From the NCBI GenBank assembly GCA_030167865.1, contig JALAGF010006491.1, positions 1 through 43,767 of the forward strand: a DNA stretch of 43,767 nucleotides, read 5' to 3'. This DNA is from Craspedostauros australis (lineage: Eukaryota). Made by a program: the position numbers and the translations under genes. The notes beneath the pieces were generated by a model, which saw nothing but the letters and a program-made list of their open reading frames with translations, did no database searches and was not told the origin of the DNA. This document shows positions 10,209 to 21,299 of the stretch, piece after piece (positions within the stretch are counted from its first letter, which is position 1; every line of letters begins with the position of its first letter).

Positions 10209-12551
10209 TTAGCAGCCTTCTGGGATGTTGAAGAACACCTCGGATCCAAAGTTGGTATTGTGCTGGGTTGTCTCGCCGTCGATCGTCACAGTGAAGCCGC
10301 TTCCATTAATGCCGTCTCCTTCGCTGTCGAAGAGATCAAGGTAGGTGCACTTGTCACGTGGAACGCACGCAGTGTACTCTGGGTACGCCGTGTTGGCACG
10401 GATGAAAGAAGCCTTGTTCCAGTACTCGACGTTGGAGTCTTGGGAATCGTACATCAGAAAGGAGGTTTGTTCCGGATAATCATCGGTGCGGAGTTTCAGC
10501 GTCACAGGGATGCAAGTACTTCCGCTGCCGCCGCCGCCACTGCCTCCGTCAGTTCCACCAGTGCCAGTGTTGGATCCGCAGAATTGGATATCGGTGAATT
10601 TTCCAAAGTTGTACTCTGCCTTGGTCTCGATCAGGTTGCCGTCGACCTTGACGGAATACTGGCCACCAGATCCGCTCATACCATCACCCCATTCATCGCC
10701 GATACGGATCGTGTAGCACTGGTCATTGGGAAGGCATCGGTTGATGACCTGTGGAGAGTTGTTGGGGTATGTGTCAGCCAGGACTTTTTCAATGACAACG
10801 CCACCGTTGGACAGATTCCAGCTTGTCTCGTCTCTGTTGTTTTGTGGTTGAATGAAAAGGGGAGTGCACGGATGAAAAGGTGGGAATTTGATTGATTGAT
10901 TGATTGAATCAGTGAGTGAATCAATGAGATTGGGAAGGTTGAGCACAATCGACAGCGACGTCGTTATTGCAAATAATCTGTGTTGTGTACAGGACTAGCG
11001 ACTTGAATTGTATCGGGAAGCGAACAGAGAAGGCGATGATCATGCTGCGAATAGTGCTGACATTGACGTCACAGGAACTTACCCATATTCATCGGTGGTG
11101 AATGTGAACTCCATCAACAGCTCGCCGGAGCTGCATGTGCCACTCTCGCCACCACCAGTGCCGCCGCCAGTGTTGTCATCGCCAGTGCCACCGCCAGTGC
11201 TGTCATCGCCAGTGTTGTCATCGCCAGTGCCACCACCTGCCGTTCCACACAGCTCAGATGGGACGTTCGTCATGGCGCATGCATTTTCCTGGATTTATGG
11301 ATGAGAGGATGACGACGGCGACAAGTACGCAATGATTGTTTCGCATACGTAGCCATACCAAACAAGCAAGCGGGCAAGCAAGCGAAGAGAAGGCAAAGGA
11401 ATGGAATGGTCAAAGTGAGTTGCCGTTCATTGGCCAAGCAAAGTGAAGCGAAAGTGGATGACAGGCACTGTGCGTAATCCCTATTCGACTGGTGCACGTA
11501 CCTTGATCCAATCGTATGTGTTGCTGACACGGGCGTAGATTCCAGGGTGTCGCTGCTGGGCACAGCCGATACCCCAAGACACGACGCCAACCTGAATACG
11601 TTGACCGCCCTCCGTCACGAAAGCGGGACCGCCGGAATCTCCTTGGCACGAGTCCTTGGTACCATGATGGACACCGTTCTTGAGATATCCAGCGCAGAAC
11701 TCCGCTGAATCAGTGACTTGACCGTCGTATCTGTCTTCGTCGTTGCACCAGTCGAAGTCGACTTGCTGGATCTCCAACTCCATCAAGACGTCCGATGCAA
11801 AACCACCGTGCGTTGTGTCTCCGAATCCAATCACCGTCATGGTCTGAGGATTTCCAGAGCTGTCTTTGCCTGGCACTCCATATTTGTCATTGAGCTTCAT
11901 CACCGGGGTGTTGGCTGGAGCTGGTTGGGACAGGCGAAACAACATGATGTCATTGATTTGGGTGGCGGCATAGTCCGGATACACTCTCTTGTCGTCGATC
12001 TCGCGAACTTTGGGACCTGTCTTGAGCTCAAATGCGTCCTGATCGTACGCACCGATGACGGCAGTGAGCCCCACTACTTCAGGTCCGTCGCAATGGGCGG
12101 CACTCAGGACGATGTCGCGCGTGATGAGTGATCCGCCACATCCCACGGCCCAATGGACGAATTCGGGGTACTCCCCCTGCGTTGCCTCGTTTCCACCAAC
12201 GATGTGAGTCTCGTAGTTGTTTGCCGTGATGGAGCCAGTGCGCTTCTTGTGGTTTGGCTTGGCGCCATGATCGTGCCTCTTGACGCCGCCGGTGGTCTTT
12301 GTCTTTGGTTTTGGGTTGTGCTCTGGATGGCCGGAAGGGTTGCTGCTGGTGCGCTTGGTGTGAACCTCCACAGTGTGACGTTGATGGTGAACGTCAGGTG
12401 CGTCAGCACCACGCCTGAGCGCGCGGCCCTGTTTGCCTTCATGCTCAAGCTTGTCTTCGTGGTTTCCGACAGAGGGAACGGACGATGCTTCGGCGACTGA
12501 AGCTGTTGCGACAACTGCGACGAGGATGGAAAGGGCCGAGGAGAGCTTCAT
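10209..12551 (-). CDS. Secreted trypsin-like serine protease (S1A) with two C-terminal tandem domains; 3 exons, 626 aa
   Basis: Exons 12551-11502, 11288-11083 and 10833-10209, joined by GT-AG introns (donors GTACGT, GTAAGT; acceptors CAG, CAG) that keep frame (WIK|ENAC; DEYG|DETSW). Signal peptide MKLSSALSILVAVVATASVAEA, basic propeptide, IVGG activation site, LSAAHC, DIMLFRL and DSCQGDSGGP (full triad, Asp189 trypsin pocket). Confidence 0.93.
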
Positions 12552-13362
12552 GATGTTTGTGCTTGTGTTGGCTTTTTGGTTTTTCTTGTTTTTTTTTTCG
12601 CTTTTCCTGGTATTGGTTGTGATTGTGGTTATGCTTGTGGTTATGCTTGTGATGGTGTTGCTGTGGATCAGTTGCGAGTCGAGATCGAAATTATGAGATG
12701 ATGGGATTGCTGGGATGATGACTTCAGAGATGACTCCGCACAACATCGCGCCGAACAACAGCTTCCATGTGGGCGTCTGCACAGAGACAACACGCAAAAC
12801 CATGATCGTTCCTCCCCGCTCGTTGGGGGCGAGCTATTCCTGCCTGGTATCCACACCATCGATGAACAGCCGTGTACCAGAGAGAGGCGATACTGGTGGA
12901 GATGGACATAGCGAATCTTTCCCCTTTCGTCAGCTTCGCGACATCCCATGTACGATCTAGTCGTTGGGTGACGATCAATTGATGCCAAATCCAAAAGGGC
13001 ACACAAGTACCACCCAAAGAGAGATGGGACACAGAGTACCATGGGGTAGTTGTTCCTACCTGTACCGCCATTTGCGCCAAGACCACCATAAAAACGATGC
13101 TGGCTTCTGATGCCTGTGTTGATGCCCATTTTGTTGTTGATACCAGTGGTCATCGCGAGCACGACTACGAGTACGACTACGCGACCAAACGACAACATGG
13201 CGCTCCAACATCAACCCAATCCCGTTGTCGAATTCCGTGTGACAAAAGGTGAAGAATACAATGATAAAAGCATTATGCCAACGGCTTTTGGTTCCATGAC
13301 CAATGATACTTCTCGTACTAAATGTTGTGGCTAAAAGTTTCAATGGCTCGTGGTTGTTCAGT

Positions 13363-13431
13363 GATCCACTGGAACTCATTGTTGCTCAAGGATCCACCAG
13401 AACTCGTTGTTGCCCAAGGATCCACCGGAAC
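13363..13431 (+). repeat. 28-bp minisatellite, ~2.5 copies
   Basis: GATCCACTGGAACTCATTGTTGCTCAAG / GATCCACCAGAACTCGTTGTTGCCCAAG / GATCCACCGGAAC starting at 13363, 13391 and 13419. Confidence 0.85.
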
Positions 13432-14908
13432 AACTTTGGCGAACGCAAGAAAATGCGATGCCAACAAAGAAAGACTGTACAGGAAAGACAACCAGAACCG
13501 GAGGTCACCACAGATCGAGACCACCTGCAATTGCTCGCTCCCACGCATGTCGGCAGCTGCATCGCAAGCTCCAACGTGCGAGCTATGCTGTCAACTTTGA
13601 CGCTAATGCCATCAGCGGACGAGACCAGTACCGCGGCTCGCACCACAGCTCGTCCTTGTGCCACCACCAGCGCGAATCAGATACGAGCCACACGTAGAGC
13701 ACACGATTGCGTGGTTCCGCGGATGTTGCCCACGACAGGGCGAGAGCAACATCAGACTTGGGGTGCGCCTCACTCTTGACTTAGTGGAGCTTGTCCATCT
13801 GCGCGCCGATCTCTTATGAGGCAATTAGCAGGGGGGCTGCACATGGAAGGCATCACAGCAAGCATGGGTTTGGAAACCTCGAGAGATAGAGCAAGAGAAA
13901 GCAAGATAGACGATGGCAGAGAAGTTTGGTCTCTCATGATCGCGACACTCCCGCAGGTCCTCTTGGCGGGGAACGGAATCTGGCCCGAGGCTCAACTGAA
14001 AGCTATTTTCGTGTGGTTGTACCCCAGAGGCCATTCGCAGCTGCACGGGTAGTCGCAGGCCATTCAAAACATCTATGGACACACGCACCTGTCCGTTTCC
14101 ATTCGGCATCGCCGGTTCCCTCTTCCCGGACTGTGTTCAAGAGACCCTACTGGACGACTTGCGAGGAGATTCGGTTCTGCAGATCACCCCGATCGTACAC
14201 ATACATTCATACCCTGCCGTGCTCGTGTGCGCACAATACCATGGCTCTTCTTCCCTCGCATATGCGCCGCACTCAGGTGTAGTGTACGCTATAATACCAT
14301 TCCACGAACATCGACATCGACTTCCGCTTCGAAGTTTGAAGCGTTGACAATGGAATCTGTGAGGGTGGGTTGGGGCGCTCAAGGTTTGATTGGAGTAGTT
14401 GGTTTCCATATCCCAAGATCGTGAAAGAGGATGATGCCCATCAGTACGGTACCGTAGTAGATACAATACGACCCACGTACGCGTACTGGGCGTGCTCATC
14501 GCTCATCGTGGTGACAGAATGCAGTGGCACAACAGCGCCACCCTACGACCTACACAAATCATCTGAAGCCAGTCCTGTATCGTACGATTGAATTGTTTTC
14601 GTGACGCTGTTGCGGGACACTCGCCAGCGTTGTGGCAACAAACCGAGTATCTTTGTTGGTCGACCAACAACACCCACACCCACACCCACATCAATCGATG
14701 CCGACAAGGAGCAGAAGACTCCGCCCACGGACTTACCTCCCTGGGACTGGATACTCGTAGACAGACAACGGAAGAAACGCTTGGTCGCTACCCACCAGAA
14801 AGAGAAGGAGAGAGAGAGAGAGAGAGGCATACTATTGCAATACGTGCGAGTAGTACTCTAGCTCGGCGCACATCAATTCTCGCTCCAGGTAGACACTGGT
14901 GGAATGCC

Positions 14909-17900
14909 ATGGCTGCACGAGCCATCGTAGGGACTTGCCAAACTGAGATGAGGCTCACGGCAAATGCGCAGATGGCCACGATGATGCAGAACAGTGTCAT
15001 GAGGGCAAGGAGTAGTCGTAAAACCACGACGCTGGTGAGCATGGCGCATGTTCAGGCAGCACTATCGACATCCCCTCTGCCTTCAGTTTCAGCACCAGCA
15101 CAGGACGTGCAGCATTGTTTGTCACACGGTTCGGAGAGCTACAGGCAGCTGCACACTGACGCAATCCACGTTCGGCAGATGCGACCATCCAGTACAGGCA
15201 CACGCCAATCCCAGGACATCAACATCAACCACCACAGGCGTTTCTCCGACATATTCACACTCGCAAGCCAAACGAATGGAGAGGAAAGTCACAGCGATTG
15301 TGACCACGACCACAACGCCAGGATCAACCACAGCCATCATTGCATCCACGATGGCGGCTCTATTCATCAGGGAAGGTCTCTTTGGCAGCATCGGCGCCGC
15401 CAACACCATCACTTTCATCACCAGCGCCGACACTACTCCATCTCAGTCCCGCCATTGGTGCCGTCACCATCGTCGTCACCATCTGCGATGTCAACGATCG
15501 AAGAGCTGCAGAGAATAAGGAATGAAGTATCGCAGCGACTGATGGACACTGATACGTACCCCGTTGGATCCATGTCCATCGATGACATTCAGGATGCAGA
15601 AGTGGCCCTTGACGTGTGGGTCTCAGACCCTCAAAGGAACACTGATGCTGCGGGACCACACAACAGCGCTGGCATGGACAGCGCAGATACAAGAGAGATC
15701 AAGGAAGAGGCAGAGAAGATGGGCTTGAAAATGTCCTTCATGATCCTGCAAAGGTTGATTGCTGAGCGAACTGCCGTTGTTGGTAACGTCGACGGCAAGG
15801 GCAACGGTGACGTCAGTAGCCGCAACAGCAGTAACGACAGTAGTCGCGACGCGTTGGATCCTGATGCCCACGATCGACTCTCCGTCGATCAACACCCCGA
15901 ACATCAGAATCAGAATCAGCATGACATCTACAGCTATCATCAGCAGACCATACGGCCCTACATCATCAACCGCGTGGTGGACAAGTGGCGACGATGCTGG
16001 CGAGATGGATTGGCCGACATCAAGCCCGATCAGATGCTCGCCATGCTAGAGCGATGTGAAACGGAGGGTCACATCCAGATGGATAATCGAACCTACACGC
16101 TGATTGTGGACGGCATGATATTGAAGGGCGATCCAATGGAAACGTCCATGGTCGCGCAATGGCTGTTGGATCGGCGCCTCCAATTAGCGCAAAATGACGA
16201 CACCAACGATGGCACGAATATGGGCGCAGGAGGTGACCAAGGCAATGTCGATGGCGACCATCTTTATCAACAATCCACCATGGTTCCAGATACAGCCTTC
16301 ATCACAACAGTGATGGATGCATGGGCCAACAGCGGGCAGATTGAGGCACCTGACATGGCAGAGACATTGTTGGACTTGATGCACAACCTCGGCGAGAGTG
16401 GGCATCTGCAGTCTCGCCCAAACGTCAAAAGCTATGCCGTATTGATGAAGGCATACTCGCTGAGCACGAATACACACCTGGAGAAGTGCTCGAAGCTGGA
16501 GGAGATTCTGTGGTCGATGGATAGTACCATCCTCGCAACAGAAATGCCCAAATCTTCGTTACTGCCCTCGCCGCCATCAATCACCAAAACCACGGCGGTG
16601 GTGCCTGATCGCATGTGCTGCATGTACGTTATCAATGCATGGGCCAATGCCAACACGCTCGACGGTGCCCAACGATCGTGGGAGCTTCTCCAGGGCATGA
16701 CTTGTGCATTCATGTCAGGCAACGATGCCATTAAGCCGCACTCATCTGACTTTGCCAGTGTCATGATGGCCTTTGCTCATCAGGGCGAACTTGAAAAAGT
16801 CGATACCATCCATAACCACCTCTACAGTTTGCACGTCGACACGCAGGACGACGACCATCATCTCGAATCCAGATGTGAGGCTGCAAGACTGCTCGCAGCC
16901 TGCAAATCTCGACAACCTCACATGGCGCAAGCTATCCTGGATGGCTGGATTGCAGAGGCTACAAATGAATGTAACGAAATCGAGACTCCGAATAGTTACC
17001 CCATGACAAGCCACATGCGGTTTGGAGACGATTCGGTAGACTTTGGAAAGCCTTCTCCGCCCCTGCCCATGCCACCATTCATCTGCTTCGTTCATGTGAT
17101 GTCCGCATGGAAAGAACAACAACGAGCTGACATGGTCGAGAATGTTCTTCGACGCATGATCGATCTTTCACAAACTGGACACGGTGATTTACTTCCGGAC
17201 AACCAATGCTTCAAACAAGCCATGAAGGCATGGCACGAAACGAGAGGTCGCCAGGGTGCCGATGCCCCATCCCGATGCGAAGATTTGCTGCGCACCGTTG
17301 AAGGCCTGTACTCCAAAACGGGCAACCCAGCCGTCAAGCCCAAACGCATCCTGTACGATTTGTGCTTCATGGCGTGGTCGCGGTCAACTCGGCATGACGC
17401 GACCATGCAGGCGCAGCGGTTGATGAATCATCTCGAAGAAAGAAACAGGAGTAGGAACGGAAAACAACACGACGACGACGACGACGACGGGCGCGAAATC
17501 GAGAATGAATTGTCGGAAATGATCCCTACTCGCTATGGTTATACATCCCTGATGTTGGCATGGAGGAACCACAAGGACCGCAATCAGAGGCGCGGGCACG
17601 GCCGTGGGCAATCACGCAGCCGATCTCAAGGCAGCACACAGAGCAATCGGAATGTCCTCATTGTGGAACGCCTGTTTGAAACATTGCAGCAACGATATGC
17701 GGAAGGCGACACCTTATGCAGTCCAGACCTGTACACGTACACGGTGCTCGCTCAGACCTACGCCGAAGACGGAGACCACCAGAAGATCCGCAACCTCATC
17801 GACACCATGTGGAGGAGCACAAGACAGCCGCCAAACTCAGAAGCTACGGACACACAAAATGCCGACGACCAACGTGACGCCGACGCCAAACAGGCCCGCT

Positions 17901-18469
17901 CGCATTCTGCCCGCCCCGATTCCAAAATCTACAACATTCTCTTGACCGCTTTGTCCAAATCAAGACACCCAGACGCACCCGCCCTCGCCGAAGATGTGAT
18001 TTGCGAAATGGAAAACGAGGCGCTGACGATCAATCGGCACACCGTCAACGCCATGATCACCGTATACACGAGGAGCGACCAGCGCGGCAAGCGCGGTAGC
18101 GACGAAGATGCATTAAACGATGCTGAAAAAGCAGAAGCGTGGCTGCGGAGGTTGGGCCAAATGCAAGCGACGGGCACAACGTTGCTGTATCAAAACATCA
18201 TTAATGCGTGGACAAAGAGCAACCACCCAGATGCGGCAAGACGGTCAGAGCTGATGCTGAACGAAATGCTGGAAGGCGTGCGTTCGAAGACTGTGCAGAA
18301 GCCGACGGACATGGGTGGTTACCGCAAGCTTCTGGTCGCCATATCCAAAAGCAAGATCCACAAGCGCAACAGGCAGGCAAAGGAGCTGCTGCATGCCATG
18401 GACAACCAAAGCGGTGGCAGTCCCAAGCGGGGCAAGGTGCCGTTCGATCTGCTGCCTGATCTGTCATGA
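14909..18469 (+). CDS. Pentatricopeptide-repeat (PPR) protein, probably organelle-targeted
   Basis: Single long ORF (track 14588-18469; first in-frame ATG 14909). Repeated PPR-like units: PDTAFITTVMDAWANSG, PNVKSYAVLMKAYS, PDRMCCMYVINAWANA, PDNQCFKQAMKAW, PTRYGYTSLMLAW, PDLYTYTVLAQTYAEDG, PDSKIYNILLTALSKS. R/S/H-rich N-terminus. The true start may be a later Met. Confidence 0.85.
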   Translation: MAARAIVGTCQTEMRLTANAQMATMMQNSVMRARSSRKTTTLVSMAHVQAALSTSPLPSVSAPAQDVQHCLSHGSESYRQLHTDAIHVRQMRPSSTGTRQSQDININHHRRFSDIFTLASQTNGEESHSDCDHDHNARINHSHHCIHDGGSIHQGRSLWQHRRRQHHHFHHQRRHYSISVPPLVPSPSSSPSAMSTIEELQRIRNEVSQRLMDTDTYPVGSMSIDDIQDAEVALDVWVSDPQRNTDAAGPHNSAGMDSADTREIKEEAEKMGLKMSFMILQRLIAERTAVVGNVDGKGNGDVSSRNSSNDSSRDALDPDAHDRLSVDQHPEHQNQNQHDIYSYHQQTIRPYIINRVVDKWRRCWRDGLADIKPDQMLAMLERCETEGHIQMDNRTYTLIVDGMILKGDPMETSMVAQWLLDRRLQLAQNDDTNDGTNMGAGGDQGNVDGDHLYQQSTMVPDTAFITTVMDAWANSGQIEAPDMAETLLDLMHNLGESGHLQSRPNVKSYAVLMKAYSLSTNTHLEKCSKLEEILWSMDSTILATEMPKSSLLPSPPSITKTTAVVPDRMCCMYVINAWANANTLDGAQRSWELLQGMTCAFMSGNDAIKPHSSDFASVMMAFAHQGELEKVDTIHNHLYSLHVDTQDDDHHLESRCEAARLLAACKSRQPHMAQAILDGWIAEATNECNEIETPNSYPMTSHMRFGDDSVDFGKPSPPLPMPPFICFVHVMSAWKEQQRADMVENVLRRMIDLSQTGHGDLLPDNQCFKQAMKAWHETRGRQGADAPSRCEDLLRTVEGLYSKTGNPAVKPKRILYDLCFMAWSRSTRHDATMQAQRLMNHLEERNRSRNGKQHDDDDDDGREIENELSEMIPTRYGYTSLMLAWRNHKDRNQRRGHGRGQSRSRSQGSTQSNRNVLIVERLFETLQQRYAEGDTLCSPDLYTYTVLAQTYAEDGDHQKIRNLIDTMWRSTRQPPNSEATDTQNADDQRDADAKQARSHSARPDSKIYNILLTALSKSRHPDAPALAEDVICEMENEALTINRHTVNAMITVYTRSDQRGKRGSDEDALNDAEKAEAWLRRLGQMQATGTTLLYQNIINAWTKSNHPDAARRSELMLNEMLEGVRSKTVQKPTDMGGYRKLLVAISKSKIHKRNRQAKELLHAMDNQSGGSPKRGKVPFDLLPDLS

Positions 18470-19347
18470 AGTACTTCATGAGTATTAACGTGAGTGGTTG
18501 CGACTATACTATTTCTCTCTCTCACTCACTCTCTAGAAAAAGAAAGAGATAGGTGCAATGGTAGCTCTGTAGCATCCTGGAAGGTAGGTATTCTGCGCAT
18601 GGTAGAGTCCTTGTACCAATAGAGTGGTAGACATCGTGCGGAGCTGGGGAGCCGATGAGAAAGATACCAATTGATTCAATCGACTTCAGGTATCCAAAGG
18701 TATCCGCCAGTTCAAGTTCGAACGTTACAAGTGCGTTAATGGACGACACCTTGGTTCGGTGACGTTACTCAAACTTTGTGCCATCCACGTTCTCCGACAC
18801 GACACCATCCCAATGCGCGTACTTGTACAAATACGTACTTCGGCACATCCCACCAACAACGATTGACAGCCATCCTGTTCTGTCAGTCGTCACCCATCGT
18901 GTCAACCGTTCACCAACACGGACTGCTTTCTCGCTCACTGATCAGGTTCAACGCACAGTCGTACTACGAGTGGATACGCCAACGCATCGCAATCGTAAGT
19001 ACGGTATCGGCATGTGGCCAAGAGTGGCTCAGCTATTCGGCTTGAACAACAATACTCCATTCCGCCCTGATTCGTCCCTCTGGTTGTCGTGAGTGAAGAG
19101 GAGATCTCGATCGGTGTGGTCGTTGGTCCTGTGGCAGTTGCACCCGCGTTGTTATCAATGTCGGTGTCACTGTCACTGTCGCTGTTGTCATCCTCTCCTT
19201 TTGTACGACTCATAGCCCTCGTATCCCACTCACCTCTCCATCACCCAACCCAACATCGCTCAACAACTGCCCAACAATTGCCACCATCATTCACTCGCCC
19301 ACACATCACAGCATCATCCAATCAACACCGTTTCAACATTCGCCATC

Positions 19348-20421
19348 ATGAAATTCACAACAGCATTCGGTCTTTTGGTTGCATTGAGCAACTCCATCGG
19401 CTCCTCAGCCTTCGTGGTCACCAACAACGGCAGACAGGTCTCCTCCACCCAGCGCAATACCTTGGTCACTGGTCCTGATGGAAAGGCCGCAGCATCCGCC
19501 GAGGAGGATCTCATGCTGACCATGCGGATCATTCTCGATCACGAGCAGCGATCCACCACTGTCTCGAAGGAGCAGTTCATCAGCCAGATGGAGGACCAGA
19601 ACAGCGAGGATTCGGCTAACGAGATCGACATCTCCATTCCATACGACGCCGCCGCCAAGTTGGCCTACGAAGCCAGCGACAAATCCATGGGATACGATGA
19701 TTTCAAGGCAAAGTACGAGGCCGACGCTGTCGAATTGGTGATTTCCAAGCAACCGGTCGACATCTCCATTCCGTACGATGCCGCCGCTAAACTTGCATAC
19801 GCCGCATCCGACAAGTCCATGGCATACCCAGCATTCAAGAAGCAGTACGAAGCCGATGCTGTCGCTCTCGTGGTCTCCAAGCAACCGATTGATATTTCCA
19901 TTCCATATGATGCCGCCGCCAAGCTCGCCTACGCCGCATCCGACAAGTCCATGGCATACCCAGCATTCAAGAAGCAATTCGAGGCTGATGCCGTTGAGTT
20001 GGTGATTTCCAAGCAGCCGGTCGACATCTCCATTCCATACGATGCCGCCGCCAAGCTCGCCTACGCCGCATCCGACAAGTCCATGGCGTACCCAGCCTTC
20101 AAGAAGCAGTACGAAGCTGATGCCGTTGAGTTGGTGGTTTCCAAACAACCGGTCGACATCTCCATTCCATACGACGCCGCCGCCAAGCTCGCCTACGCCG
20201 CATCTGATAAGTCCATGGCGTACCCAGCATTCAAGAAGCAGTATGAAGCCGATGCTGTCGCCCTCGTGGTCTCCAAGCAGCCAGTTGATATCTCCATTCC
20301 ATACGACGCCGCCGCCAAGCTCGCCTACGCCGCATCTGATAAGTCCATGGCGTACCCAGCCTTCAAAAAGCAGTACGAGGCCGATGCGGTCGCTTCGGTG
20401 ATCGCCAAGAAGGGCGAATAA
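19348..20421 (+). CDS. Plastid-targeted protein with six tandem 44-aa repeats (357 aa)
   Basis: Signal peptide plus SSA|FVV (ASAFAP-type) bipartite presequence, a short helical motif (AASAEEDLMLTMRIILDH), then 6 x DISIPYDAAAKLAYAASDKSMAYPAFKKQYEADAVELVISKQPV. Strong C-ending codon bias. Confidence 0.9.
   Translation: MKFTTAFGLLVALSNSIGSSAFVVTNNGRQVSSTQRNTLVTGPDGKAAASAEEDLMLTMRIILDHEQRSTTVSKEQFISQMEDQNSEDSANEIDISIPYDAAAKLAYEASDKSMGYDDFKAKYEADAVELVISKQPVDISIPYDAAAKLAYAASDKSMAYPAFKKQYEADAVALVVSKQPIDISIPYDAAAKLAYAASDKSMAYPAFKKQFEADAVELVISKQPVDISIPYDAAAKLAYAASDKSMAYPAFKKQYEADAVELVVSKQPVDISIPYDAAAKLAYAASDKSMAYPAFKKQYEADAVALVVSKQPVDISIPYDAAAKLAYAASDKSMAYPAFKKQYEADAVASVIAKKGE
19627..20418 (+). repeat. 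Coding tandem repeat, 6 x 132 bp
   Basis: Units start at 19627, 19759, 19891, 20023, 20155 and 20287. Differences among units 2-6 are mostly synonymous. Confidence 0.95.
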
Positions 20422-21299
20422 ACCTGTTGCAATACCACAAGGAGATGCATGCAGTCGCACAAACCATGGCACACACGTGGTGTCGGCCATCAGACGTGCT
20501 GTGCAGACACGGGAGCAGAGAGAAGAAGATACAGTACGTACTCGTACGTATGATACGATGGAATAAAACTCCCTGATCTTGCATGACGTAATATCTCCTA
20601 AGCAATATCTGGGAGCAGCTACCTCCGACCATCCCTTGCAAGAGTGCAATCTCGTAGAATACTCGTTGAAGATGCTCTTCCAAACGCTGCAATGCACGTA
20701 TGGTGCACATGGGAGGACCTATCTGAAAAAGAGCGCTGCTTCGATTGCGACAAGAGAATGAGACTGTTCTTGAACATGTCGGTCGTGGTGCTGCGGTCCC
20801 GATGATGTCCAGTGCGTCGCTCGTCTTTCAACACAGCCGTACCAGTACCCGCATGATTCTGCTCAACACATGAGAGACATTCAAAGAGCAGAGTCCGTGC
20901 ATCGATGTACATAATGTTAGGTAGGAGCATGGTGCACATTCCTTTCATTTGTCTTCTGAAGCTGCACATCGATCTGTCTTCGATTCTCCAGAAGATATCA
21001 TATCCATGACTAAATCACCAGACCATGTCTGGCCGATGTCCGTCGTTCGACATCCAACCAACCATCCCACAAAACAGAACTCCAATCGACAAAAGCGAGC
21101 AACAACCAACCCGAACAGTCGTGATGTGGGACGTGCGCGGATGTACGGATCTGTCGCGGTTGCAATCATCACCTTCACCTCCTGAGGTGGAATCTTGGAG
21201 TGTTCCACAAATCGGCATCAACACCAAGCGTTCGCGGCCATCATCAGGAATACTCTCTCTGGAGGAAATACTAACCTTCACCGACAGCGGCAGATTAGC

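Noticed and set aside
9873..10895. 340-aa + strand ORF
   Set aside because: Antisense to trypsin exon 3; no motifs of its own.
12552..12803. N-terminal extension of the trypsin ORF in the track (similarly 14588-14908, 21195-21299, 6895-7188, 38246-38326)
   Set aside because: These are low-complexity, UTR-like or non-ATG-initiated extensions; signal peptides or conserved N-termini begin at the downstream ATGs.
19627..20418. Regularly spaced repeats as a possible CRISPR array (also 13363-13431)
   Set aside because: Units are contiguous with no unique spacers; the first array is protein-coding; context is eukaryotic with no cas genes.
19405..20697. 430-aa antisense ORF with repeats
   Set aside because: Shadow of the codon-biased 44-aa repeat gene on the + strand.
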